In this document: positions 40,701 through 47,460 of the stretch, one piece after another
Position numbering within the stretch: position 1 is the stretch's first letter
How the letters are laid out: each line of letters begins with the position of its first letter
IMG/VR virus record: IMGVR_UViG_3300023179_008562
Coordinates: 1 to 64,000 of that record
Strand: one strand, 5' to 3'
Source: a virus
Length of the DNA: 64,000 bases
Notes under the pieces: generated by a model
What the model was told of the DNA's origin: nothing
The model's input: only the letters and a program-made list of their open reading frames with translations
The model's database searches: none
Made by a program: the position numbers and the translations under genes

Positions 40701-41945
40701 ATTGCCGCGGGTCAATTAAACGCCAGTAATTTATCAGTTTACCCCACTGACACTCGTACTGGATATTACCGCTCTCTGACAGAGCTGCCAGCGGCTACCA
40801 GCCTGGATTTTGACAATGTTGAGTTCATTGATGACATTAATATTTTGACTCAGCTAAGAAGAGGCACACAGGGAACCAAAGCTGGAATTCAGAGCGCCGG
40901 GTTGGCAGTGCTGGACGCTGGTGTAGATCAGAATATTCCTGGGATCAATATAACAGCAACAACCATTACTGGTAATGTGACATATCATACAACATCGACA
41001 CCGCCATACGAGTTATTACTGTCTGGTAATGTCGTACCCGAATTGGGCAGCTATATCACACAGTCCAGCAGTGGTGCAAATGTGACTGTGACTGCCATCA
41101 GTGATTCACCTGCTGACACCATTCAGTTAAGTGGGGTAATGTCTGCATTGCCGGGAGATTATATCACTCAACCCAGTACTGGTGCCAATGCTCTGATAAG
41201 AAACTCATCAGAAAACCAGATCTATCTGGACATTGTGTATACAGCAGGGCAATTTGGAATTGGGTCCGGTAACGTTTTCATCAACGGCAAAAACACTGGA
41301 GTATATCCCACCGCAGCCAAGCAACGTGGAGCATCACGCATTACTGTGACCTATAATACACCCACACCATTCGATTTCACAGATGCCACTATAGAATTAA
41401 GTGGAAGTGTCACAGTCAACTCCGGGGACTTGATTGGTCAACTCGTTGGTGGTGCTGAGCTACGGGCGAGTCGCACTACTATTGACTCTAATCGGATATA
41501 TACAGTTTACCAGAATACCAATGACCTTGTCATTGGTCAGGGCAATATACAGATCAACGGTCAGCCGACTTCAGTTTATCCAATAAATAGAACTTATAAT
41601 TCCACAATATCTAATGAAATCACCATTGACGGTGTTCGCCAACAGTTAATTTGCCCTGTGTCAGTGTCCTTGGTTGGTGGAACTGATGCAAACGGAAATG
41701 TGACACTGACCACAGGTACAAAAGTTTTACAAGAGAAAATTTGGTATAGTCCTGGTGTAGGCACTGCTGCCAACGGTGAGGGATTTGATACAACTTCAAC
41801 CGAGCAAGTTTTGTTCCTTAAACAGCGTGCTGCAGAATTACTGACCAGTTCGGAATTGTCTGATGAGGGCGATGAAGATATAGTAAATATACTAATTACT
41901 GAAGACGGAAAAATACTGTCGGCTGAGTTCGGAGGTTATCAATGA
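28776..41945 (+). CDS. Giant 4389-aa virion structural protein (baseplate wedge/gp7-like position) with FG-GAP beta-propeller repeats
   Basis: Uninterrupted 13.2-kb ORF after gp6; repeated FG(S/T/Y)..A.GAP motifs; W.P...Y..G carbohydrate-binding-like motifs; GQGYTSEPTITIVGGG repeats. Confidence 0.75.
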   Translation: MAARKSSNLLPGVFQTDTNQKFLSATVDQLISEPRLTKVNGYIGRKFAPTYKSGDNYITEISADRQNYQLEPSLLVKDESGQITFFASYDDFLNKIKYYGGFTDKQSRLFEQEYYSFDPGISYDAFVNFSQYYWLPDGPEAVSVNTTTIELVKNFRVVRNVASDRYDFYDNNIVNNSITLARGGTYTFTVNQPGIPFWIQTELGIDGAINATPAISSRDVLGVENNGTDSGVITFRVPQSDAQDRFVKMKTVYNVDYAFSMAYADIHNSRLSEFLEKFPEYYGITNQFVGKTLVLVDQNLLTSRGEAAWSGDGIYDEQNYNTNPFDSSDIIPENQRSGVWQILYSESGVPEDPIIKLVPVLVLKQDQKVFVKSGIRASREFYQDYDGLLKPMPLLSNLQDTLYFQDGDSAGIYGFLKVVNPANDVIDVDREIIGKKLYTSPNGVKFTNGLKVRFGSDVSPVQYQNQEFYVERVGRGIHLVPVDILVRPEAYNDEIAQNYSDEIFPEYITINRDSIDLNAWSRNNRWFHIDVIIKTAAYNNRQPALDQRARAQRPIIQFDVNFQLFNNGRTAKKPIDILDVTTSDPFNAYDGQIIESIFGIKPFDGMRILFSAAEDPLVRNKIYVINLIQYDLDDSGLPTGPRRIALSIAEDGDAAVWDSVVVTQGQYRGVTWWFNGNQWVQGQQKTQLQQEPLFDIIDSDGRSLSEFYRSTFNGTRLFGYVRNAAGVTDKILGFALKYRNFGTQGDIEFENYYDTDVFSYVENQLTQSDLRISDYGFLYEIQSDGELAPRNNWRTAVESSRQYQILNFTYDGINNSFQLDVVAAESTSVPSLKVYKNNVFLQTNEYQLVDNKLTVTASLATNDKIDVLIYSRKPSNIGYYEVPSNLNLNAQNIDLNQISLGQVRNHLVALSQNSTELVGNILSTNNLRDIDITSQGGTILQHSAPVTYSMLFLMDKSANFIDALRFAQLEYSKFKNKFLELAQTLGGIESMTPEAGVDAIMVSLTNIKNISFPWYYSDMVPYGTLKRVVNGQGYTVFDPLVRSYEINGVFNDQVLSSRAVLVYLKKYNQNNFVQLINRLDYTFDQTRPAVTIESRVELDIDDVIKIVEYDNTDGNYIPETPTKLGLYPRYVPEIFLDNTYRQPINVIRGHDGSIIPAFNDYRDNLILELEKRIYNNIKLPETNINSDIMSLTPGKFRSSDYTLGEVTQLISRSFLAWVGNNRLDFSTNQTFASNDSFTWNYSGSQDRIDGEYMPGNWRACYQYYYDTQRPHLTPWEMLGFTSQPDWWQDYYGPAPYTGANQVLWDDLEAGRIRQGFRSLIDQGQGPGIDPTFARPGLSQVIPVDEHGILLSPAQILARSTHPKSAASAWKVGDFGPVEWAWRSSSDYPFAVQRAMALGKPARYFGLLIDTYGYKSDSLIDQYLTPNKNHLRQTDVKFNGDITQTGVVRSAGYINWIIDYLKNQGLDPVSKLSYILKNYQVNLAYKMSGFTDKKFIRVLAEQSSPSSTNDSIMIPDENYQIHLHKSTPIQKLTYSAVIVQKTTNGYSVKGYNLNNPFFTIIPSQTNNNSTKIQVLTEIATIFKDYQRVKLTVPYGYEFKNPQQVVDFLISYERYLLSQGFTFNGRDPDLRQPRNWKLSAQEFLFWSQQGWGVGSILVLSPTVNDLALVTKNAVVDEISNSQIGSRILDQNFKLVKNNNYNVVRTPTDFKISLSVTGSTIGFVELDLVQYEHALIFDNLTVFNDIIYKPELGNRQYRLKLIGQKTSNWDGSLNAPGFVYSSDQIQTWQPGRDYQRGELVQYKAQYWVALEFVIATTDFAWTKWKQIEQSQVRVGMLPNLSTLAVKGLISYDNYGQIQDSDQLKYSYGLIGYKPRQYLTDLGLSDATQIELYKGYIKQKGTENAVNQLTKSKFNNINSDIKYYEEWAVRVGEYGALNMNPYVEIALDETNFGVNPSLARFVEDTSRDQGDGITVFNKTQLYGSSGHFSGFVALNRSVISDISNDIPTAGYVNIEDIDATLFDLSYYSYIGLDIDYVGSGYTIWCARDFAGDWNVYRVTETDNHIISVANSLDNYVSFTTQAPHQLTIGDVFLVKGLNSAFDGFYRVHQTQGLDQIIALYQGDPANYQNLTSLDGFAMLLRLDSMRFRYMEDARIYGLNNPLHGWKAGDKIWIDVDAATTTANGQSQDTESGTWKVYEKTMPWGLQQNLSKASGEYVTNDGFGTSVKMNADGLYAVVGSPKSLNTGTVTVFNKNASGVLVEGEQLLPKLDQTLDYGAEVSLATERLAIGAPGSVSNTGRVFVYNRPTGTSTFLPTQVLSGPANSAGRFGSSLTFDEVGNWLYVGAPDEDRVYVYGLNPRVSVKTQSLAINSPTNIITLSFSPDVPNNAESLLITGVNRIFLPDIDYTVTGRIITFASNLSSGDYEITQRSYYTLVKVLTGPAGSEFGYAVSASLDGAQLAVGAPNDSVTVDDAAIPGAGAVYVYDRSIEAFNTITDATDTEGVTYQTRGNIGLIYRVTINNTEVSDYVVAGDHTLKFKKTPVIGQVIYVETNEFKLLEKLIGIDSLEGGLTAIQENCRFGTSLTICSNNCAIYVGAPNYDAGTQYNTGAVWKFHNRGRLYGTNTGSTRDPVFTPGDTIRLDNFEITVTGTSLDDLVQDINNASVLGVTATNQNGHLRLDSDRTVAKNLLRILSGENNTGDTDGVSNVYAAAGLSVFAFMQIIVTPYRNANEQFGKRVVLARNAYMLVIASDGGTTRHYTTFDQDQTYIDDRSTGIFDSVVNSGSVYIYELYDDPRNEVEHPGRYAFAQQLDPGQLRAGDRFGAAIDVVGRQIVVTAPTSDLVKTDAGAVYVFNNPTGHRGWHLIRYQEPRVDIETVNRMYLYDTISHTILTNLEFIDPAKGKILGLAEQEITFKTPYDPAYYNRGASTQTDLDRNLYWGPSQIGQVWWNLDNVRYLDYEQGDLSYRSANWGRVFPGSTVEVCEWVESDVLPSQYSGDGQAKHADDSAYVEIMTVDPVTNIITSKYYYWVTGKTELDYNIPFRKLPLNSIRNLIENPRNQDIAYAALIRNNAVVFYNLGKYLSARNTILHLDYELQPNDSLIHSEYDLLQVGNVSSAIPEKIVNRMIDSLSGINNTGANVPDPTLPPANRYGISIRPRQTMFVDRLQAMSDLVDFVNSIFITKPITRQYDLRQLMSEEPIPDVKYSEYDHQVETRIELDYIDTVKTPVGYRVLVKIDTTQDGLWVIYQLRSDRTWQVTRVQRYKTELYWDFVDWYAEGYNITDKIEYVVETLVDALALPARPGDEILIRVNRGLNNVRGWNLISVSDNGEFQVVGIENGTIQLKSSLYNLTDNQLGFDGRGFDSSRYDQNPNIEIRQILAALKDDIFVNELRSEFNNLFFVMINYLMTEQKYVDWIFKTSFISVAHKLRDLNQYPNYVKDNQTYYLDYINEIKPYATKVREYLIKYAGDDNYAGDVTDFDLPPYYDRELGQWRSPDGEYIEQDRQLWATGYLADGTLINPDYPQWYQHRHHQIVAIVVEDSGQGYTSEPTITIVGGGGNVIAARARARIDFDTGQVIDIEIVSSGNGYASTPTVVINGSCERPARAYAVLKNLQVRSFDSTLKFDRINYTSLVKEWAANTVYAAGDILTYAVPDGGTLVRTAYRVLNNMVTGAQFDPTNLEICPADYFTNANDRIIAYYQPLTGAVGRDLRKLISGIDYPGVGITGLTFDRQPGFDGLLDGEPFDAVEYDEDGNPILSRSAVDTIIRSNYLDSNLGLRPEDIDVDGGAYVDTYSSHAPEELVPGIVFDTLNLKVYTKVALGTTLLGYRIFVDMLGVPHYTRIASAYSTKLTRDLNLNDQRMYVADATVLARPDPTTATPGVVFVNAERITYYRNYATEVRFWVPNVSYRSDTVLSHGNIITFSGPVTANIGDTIHQPDSGANIRVVSNVVSSLEVPAQYTLSQGRIVGNVLIMGSGTVQIIAAGQLNASNLSVYPTDTRTGYYRSLTELPAATSLDFDNVEFIDDINILTQLRRGTQGTKAGIQSAGLAVLDAGVDQNIPGINITATTITGNVTYHTTSTPPYELLLSGNVVPELGSYITQSSSGANVTVTAISDSPADTIQLSGVMSALPGDYITQPSTGANALIRNSSENQIYLDIVYTAGQFGIGSGNVFINGKNTGVYPTAAKQRGASRITVTYNTPTPFDFTDATIELSGSVTVNSGDLIGQLVGGAELRASRTTIDSNRIYTVYQNTNDLVIGQGNIQINGQPTSVYPINRTYNSTISNEITIDGVRQQLICPVSVSLVGGTDANGNVTLTTGTKVLQEKIWYSPGVGTAANGEGFDTTSTEQVLFLKQRAAELLTSSELSDEGDEDIVNILITEDGKILSAEFGGYQ

Positions 41946-43813
41946 CAATTAAAATTAGCCAGTTAGGAACACTGAGTACACTGGCTGGAAACACTCTTAT
42001 ACCAGTGGTGGAATCCACAGGAACTGGATTTACCAGCAAAAAAATTCAGGCGTCTGCTCTGAGAAGTTTTTTTGCCAATCTTGCCACCGGTGGAGATTCG
42101 GCAAATTTAAGAATTAATTCTGATTTAATCCCATCGGCCGCTGGGACATATAACCTGGGGTCTGCTGGCTCGCCCTATGCTGATTTTTATCTGTCAGGAA
42201 CTCTGGCTACCAGCAGTGTCATACAAAATACTTCTAATATTCAATCGCAGTCCACAACCACTGGTGCATTGGTGGTACAGGGTGGAGTTGGGGTAACCGG
42301 CAACATCAATGCTCAAAGTGTTGCTGCAACCAGTTTGACTGGTACACTTGCCACGCCTAATCAACCCAATATCACTGGGGTTGGGGTAATTACCAGTGGT
42401 ACCTGGCAAGGGATGTCCATCACTAATACATATCTGGCCAACAGCAGCCTGACAATCAACGGCACAAGTGTATCACTGGGCGGCATTGCGACCGTCACAG
42501 CCAACGCAGCAACCCTGACTGGTACCGCCCTGAACTCAACCGTTGTTGCATCGAGTTTGACATCAGTGGGTAACCTGACTTCATTGAGTGCTCGTGGTGC
42601 AATTACCACAACCGGTAATATAAGTGCCGCGTATTTCATTGGTGACGGCAGCCAATTGACCAATGTTCCGGCCAGTGCTCTGATTGGGACTGCCTCGTCA
42701 ATTGCAGTGAGCGGAAATATCACTGCAGGCAACGTTTCAGCAACTAGATTGACTGGTACATTAACTACGGCATCACAAACTAATATCACAGCAGTGGGCA
42801 ATATTGTCACTGGCACCTGGTCAGCGACACCAATTCAGAACGCATACTTGGCCAATAGCAGTATTACCATCAACGGCACAGCGGTATCATTGGGCGGCAG
42901 TGCAACTGTCACAGCCAACGCAGCCACACTGACTGGTACAACATTAAACGCAACAGTAGTTGCTTCAAGTTTGACATCAGTTGGTAACATCACAAGTGGT
43001 ACCTGGTCGGGTTCAGTAATTCAACCAGCTTACATTGCTACCCTGAACCAGAACACCACAGGAAGTGCAGCCAGCTTGACCACCTCACGTAACATCAACG
43101 GAGTGGCATTCAATGGCACAGCTGACATCACTGTCACAGCCAATGCGGCTACCCTGACTGGTACAACATTGAACTCAACAGTTGTGGCATCAAGTTTGAC
43201 CTCAGTGGGCAACCTGACTGCACTGAGTGCCAGTGGCAATATTAGTACTACCGGTAACGTTATTGCTGCCAAATACTACGGCGACGGTAGCAGCCTAACT
43301 GGAGTAGTGGCCACTGGTATCGGTAACCTGACGTCAATCACAGTGGGAAATATCACTAATGCCAATACCAATGGTGTTGGGAATATTGGGTCATCCACAA
43401 ATAGTTTTAATACTATATTTGCTCGAGCAACGTCTGCACAATACGCGGATATTGCCGAATGTTATTTGGCAGATGCTGCGTATACACCAGGCACAGTTCT
43501 GGAATTTGGTGGCAAATTTGAAGTCACTGAATCCACTGATGAGTCTCAGAGAATTGCTGGTGTGGTGTCCACCAATCCTGCATACGTCATGAATGATCAA
43601 TTACAAGGTCAGCACGTGGTGCAAGTGGCACTATTGGGCCGTGTGCCCTGTCGAGTTCGTGGAAAAATATTCAAAGGTGACTTCATGGTGGCAGGCGGCA
43701 GCGGCTATGCCAGGCCCACTGCCTATCCCAAATTTGGCACTGTGATTGGCAAGGCACTGGAAGATTTTGATGGTGTTGATGGTATTATTGAAATCGTGGT
43801 GGGTAGGCTCTGA
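41942..43813 (+). CDS. Tail fibre/spike with internal repeats and C-terminal intramolecular-chaperone-like domain
   Basis: IKISQL N-terminus; Thr/Ser/Gly-rich repeats; QYADIAECY...GVVSTNPA...GRVPCRV...IGKALE tail (Peptidase_G2-like). Confidence 0.72.
   Translation: MTIKISQLGTLSTLAGNTLIPVVESTGTGFTSKKIQASALRSFFANLATGGDSANLRINSDLIPSAAGTYNLGSAGSPYADFYLSGTLATSSVIQNTSNIQSQSTTTGALVVQGGVGVTGNINAQSVAATSLTGTLATPNQPNITGVGVITSGTWQGMSITNTYLANSSLTINGTSVSLGGIATVTANAATLTGTALNSTVVASSLTSVGNLTSLSARGAITTTGNISAAYFIGDGSQLTNVPASALIGTASSIAVSGNITAGNVSATRLTGTLTTASQTNITAVGNIVTGTWSATPIQNAYLANSSITINGTAVSLGGSATVTANAATLTGTTLNATVVASSLTSVGNITSGTWSGSVIQPAYIATLNQNTTGSAASLTTSRNINGVAFNGTADITVTANAATLTGTTLNSTVVASSLTSVGNLTALSASGNISTTGNVIAAKYYGDGSSLTGVVATGIGNLTSITVGNITNANTNGVGNIGSSTNSFNTIFARATSAQYADIAECYLADAAYTPGTVLEFGGKFEVTESTDESQRIAGVVSTNPAYVMNDQLQGQHVVQVALLGRVPCRVRGKIFKGDFMVAGGSGYARPTAYPKFGTVIGKALEDFDGVDGIIEIVVGRL
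42434..43213 (+). repeat. Three imperfect intragenic repeats (TVTANAATLTGTxLNxTVVASSLTSVGN)
   Basis: Copies at about 42434-42574, 42848-42989 and 43130-43213, similar at both protein and DNA level. Confidence 0.85.
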
Positions 43814-43844
43814 AATGCATACTCGGACCGAAATAAATAATGAT

Positions 43845-44507
43845 ATGAATAACATAAATCAACAATCATCAGAAATTCAGACACCTGAAAAGACCCCCGA
43901 CGAACGTGGCGGAGTGCACATTCAGGGTCATATCAAGATTTTTGATCCTGTGACACAGGAAGTTTTTGTGGACAAAAGAAATGCCATTCATTATGAGAAT
44001 ATGAGTGAGGCATTGGCATTGAGTGTAGCCAACAAAGGCAACTCGTTTATCAGCGAAATGCATTTTGGAAATGGTGGTACCACAGTGGATCCCACTGGCG
44101 TTATCACATATCTGCCCACAAACACCAATGTACAGAATGCCAATTTATACAGTCCCCAGTACTATAAAATTGTTGATGACACCAACGCTGCCAACGGTGA
44201 CCCTTCCAGAAACAGAATGGAAGTCACACACATTCCTGGCCAGATATACACTGATATTGTTGTCAGATGTCTGCTGGACTACGGTGAGCCCAGTGGGCAG
44301 GCAGCCTTTGATAACAGCCAGGACCTGAACGGTCAGTTTGTATTCGATGAATTGGGACTCAAGGGGTATAGTTTAAACGGCCCTGGTCAGGGAAAATTAC
44401 TGACACACGTAATTTTTAGTCCAGTTCAAAAATCACTCAACAGATTGATACAAATTGATTATACAGTTCGCATACAGACACTGACTAATTTGAGCACAAA
44501 CGCATAA
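43845..44507 (+). CDS. Tail fibre-collar/baseplate-associated protein
   Basis: ATG 43845 after ATAAATA (43833-43839); GHIKIFD..KRNAIHY, FGNGG, FDELGL, FSPVQKSLNR motifs; structural operon context. Confidence 0.6.
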   Translation: MNNINQQSSEIQTPEKTPDERGGVHIQGHIKIFDPVTQEVFVDKRNAIHYENMSEALALSVANKGNSFISEMHFGNGGTTVDPTGVITYLPTNTNVQNANLYSPQYYKIVDDTNAANGDPSRNRMEVTHIPGQIYTDIVVRCLLDYGEPSGQAAFDNSQDLNGQFVFDELGLKGYSLNGPGQGKLLTHVIFSPVQKSLNRLIQIDYTVRIQTLTNLSTNA

Positions 44508-44520
44508 CTAGGAAAAGATC

Positions 44521-45927
44521 ATGTCATATATTATAAGAAAAACCAACGGCACAACACTAGGCACCATCCTGGATGGCACCATTGATGACAGATCCAAGAC
44601 CAGTCTGCGGCTAGTGGGCAGAAATTACAGCAATTACGGTCAGATCATAGCCGACGATCTGGTGAGTTTACTGGAAAACTTTGCCTATGGCATTGCCCCA
44701 CCAAATCCTCTGGCGGGACAACTCTGGTGGAACACTGACGATCAGAGATTACGTGTTTACAATGGATCTGCATTTAAAATTGTCAGTAGTTGTACCGCAC
44801 AAGACACTGGTCCTGTGACCACCACTGCTGGTGACCTGTGGTGGGATTCAGTCAACAAACAATTGTATGTTTATGACGGAACTACCCCCTACAATTTGTC
44901 CGGCTGGCGTCTGATAGGCCCACAGAGAAATGGCAGTGGTGCCGTCTGGGAACAGATTGCTGATACTACGCAGACTGTCCACGACGTTGTTTCCATATAT
45001 CTGAACAGAGTTCGAGTTGGTATCATCTGTCTGGATACTGAGTTTACTCCAGCAACTCCCATTGCAGGATTCAGTACCATTAAGCCGGGGCATAATCTCA
45101 ACAGTTCGGGAATATTCAATGGCACCTCTGTTGATAGTCGGAAGTTGGCTGGAGTCGCAGCAGAAAACTATCTGAGAAGCGATGTCAATGGTACCACCAC
45201 AGGATCACTGACCATATCAAATAATTTGGGTCTGACCATTGGTAAATCAGCCAATCTGCAAATTACCACCAGTTCCATAGGTGATGTCAGTATAAAGAAC
45301 ACCAGACTCAATGGCAGAATCAGCTTGTATTCCAATACCCAGGGCTCAAATACCGAATCATTTTACATTGATGGCGGCACCGGTAAGACAGTGATGAACT
45401 CAGCGGCAGTGGGCGACATTACCACATCCACATCCACCACCACTGGTGCATTGGTTGTTGCTGGTGGGGTAGGCATTTCTGGTGGTTTGAATGTAGGCGG
45501 AGTCGCAAACTTTTTGGGATCAGCAACTGCTGTGACTATGCCCACAGGAACTGCCAACACCAGCGTGGCCACCACCGAGTTTGTTATCAGTAGTTCGGGA
45601 TTTTTGAAAAATAAAATTTATGTGGGTTCAGAAACATATGTGGCGGTTGAAGACTTTGGTGTGGGTAATATGTCCGTGGTTGTTGATGGTGTCACTGTGG
45701 TGACTGCTAGTCGAGACGGACTGAATTTAGCAAGTGGTGCCACCGCCGTCACCCAACCCGACGCCCACAACAGCGCAGGCAATGCCAGAGTTGCAACCAC
45801 CCAGTTTGTCAAAACAGCTACCCAATGGTGGGGCGGCAGTGCAAAATTTGTTAGTCCCCAATCCCCCAACCCCGGAGTTAATGATACGGGTTCTCGGGAT
45901 GGTGATTTTTGGTTTCAGTACATTTGA
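44521..45927 (+). CDS. Baseplate-anchored fibre protein
   Basis: N-terminal DGT...SLRLVGRNY..YG...LLENF shared with the next gene; GQLWW/GDLWWD repeats; VATTEFV/VATTQFV fibre motifs. Confidence 0.68.
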   Translation: MSYIIRKTNGTTLGTILDGTIDDRSKTSLRLVGRNYSNYGQIIADDLVSLLENFAYGIAPPNPLAGQLWWNTDDQRLRVYNGSAFKIVSSCTAQDTGPVTTTAGDLWWDSVNKQLYVYDGTTPYNLSGWRLIGPQRNGSGAVWEQIADTTQTVHDVVSIYLNRVRVGIICLDTEFTPATPIAGFSTIKPGHNLNSSGIFNGTSVDSRKLAGVAAENYLRSDVNGTTTGSLTISNNLGLTIGKSANLQITTSSIGDVSIKNTRLNGRISLYSNTQGSNTESFYIDGGTGKTVMNSAAVGDITTSTSTTTGALVVAGGVGISGGLNVGGVANFLGSATAVTMPTGTANTSVATTEFVISSSGFLKNKIYVGSETYVAVEDFGVGNMSVVVDGVTVVTASRDGLNLASGATAVTQPDAHNSAGNARVATTQFVKTATQWWGGSAKFVSPQSPNPGVNDTGSRDGDFWFQYI

Positions 45928-45968
45928 TCAGGTTTCGAATAAATATATACTATTATAGGTCATAAACG

Positions 45969-47447
45969 ATGTCATACACAATTACTACCACTTCGGGCAC
46001 CACAATTGCAACTGTTGCAGACGGGACCGTTAATAATTCCAACACCAGTTTGACTCTAATTGGTAAAAACTATGCTGGTTACGGGGTCTTTTTAAATGAA
46101 AACTTTGTAAAACTATTAGAAAACTTTTCTTACGGTACTCCCCCAGCCACTCCGCTAACTGGACAAATTTGGTATGACACCAGCGTTGGGGTTTTGAAGG
46201 TCTACACTGGATCAAACTGGAAGGCAATTAGTAGCTCTGCATCTGGTGCCACCTCCCCAGTAAACCCAGTCATTGGTGATTTGTGGTGGGATTCAACAAA
46301 TTCACAATTAAAAGTCTGGAGTGGCACCACCTGGGTCATCATTGGGCCATCCTATACTTCTACATCAGGCACCAGTGGTGCTCTGGTGGAAACCATACTG
46401 GACACATCCAGCGTCAGCCACGTCATTGTAAAATTTTATATTTCCAACACAGTTGTGGGAATACTGAGTAAAGACGCAGTATTTACTCCACAAACCAGCA
46501 TTGCTGGGTTCAGTACAATCAAACCAGGTTTTAACCTGGTAAGTACCAGTGCCATCACTGGATCACAGTTTTCAGGGGATGCCAGTAACGCTTTGTCACT
46601 ACAGGGCATCACGGCCAACCAATTACTGCGTAGTGATCAGAACACCAGCACCAGTTACAACATAACAGCCGGTGGGCTGACCATTGGATCAGATTTAAGT
46701 ATCTCTTCAGTTTCAGCGTCAGAAGTCGGCATTGTCAACACCACACTGAACAAAGATTTGAATTTGTATGTCAATGCCGGCGGGGTTCAGACCCGAGCCA
46801 TTGGTGTTTTTGGTGGCAACGCAGCAGTGTTTCTCAATGGGGCGTCCCTGTCAGTTGCTGGCAACGCCAGAGTCACTGGTGCATTGACTGCAGCATCAAA
46901 TCTAACAGTGTCCGGAACAGCAACATTTAACCAGACAGTCACAATTGGTGGACAAATTTTACCTAACAGCACAAACACAATTGAAATCGGGTCGAATAGC
47001 AATAAGTTTGCCAATGTTTGGGCAACTACCTTTAGAGGTACTGCAATAACTGCCAACTACGCTGACTTGGCAGAACGCTTTGCTGCAGATCAGCCCTACA
47101 CTGCTGGCACAGTAGTGGCACTGGGTGGCACACGAGAAGTCACTGCAGTATCAGAAGATTTGAGTGAGGATGTATTTGGGGTAGTCAGTGAGCGTGCTGG
47201 ATTTTTGATGAATGGTGCTGCTGGTGATGATTCAACACACCCCCCAATTGCAGTCAGTGGTAGAGTTCCGGTCAGAGTCATTGGCCGAGTTAAAAAAGGC
47301 GACAGATTGGTCGCAGCGGGCAATGGGCTTGCAAGATCTGCCAGACGGGACGAGATGACCGCGTTCAATGTCATTGGTAGATCTCTTGAAAATAAAGAAA
47401 AAGACGGCGAAGGCGTGGTAGAAGCCATCGTCAAACTAAATAGTTAA
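45969..47447 (+). CDS. Baseplate-anchored fibre protein with C-terminal chaperone-like domain
   Basis: N-terminus paralogous to 44521; NYADLAERF...GVVS...GRVPVRV...IGRSLE C-terminus as in the 41942 gene. Confidence 0.7.
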   Translation: MSYTITTTSGTTIATVADGTVNNSNTSLTLIGKNYAGYGVFLNENFVKLLENFSYGTPPATPLTGQIWYDTSVGVLKVYTGSNWKAISSSASGATSPVNPVIGDLWWDSTNSQLKVWSGTTWVIIGPSYTSTSGTSGALVETILDTSSVSHVIVKFYISNTVVGILSKDAVFTPQTSIAGFSTIKPGFNLVSTSAITGSQFSGDASNALSLQGITANQLLRSDQNTSTSYNITAGGLTIGSDLSISSVSASEVGIVNTTLNKDLNLYVNAGGVQTRAIGVFGGNAAVFLNGASLSVAGNARVTGALTAASNLTVSGTATFNQTVTIGGQILPNSTNTIEIGSNSNKFANVWATTFRGTAITANYADLAERFAADQPYTAGTVVALGGTREVTAVSEDLSEDVFGVVSERAGFLMNGAAGDDSTHPPIAVSGRVPVRVIGRVKKGDRLVAAGNGLARSARRDEMTAFNVIGRSLENKEKDGEGVVEAIVKLNS

Positions 47448-47460
47448 AAGGAACTAAAAA

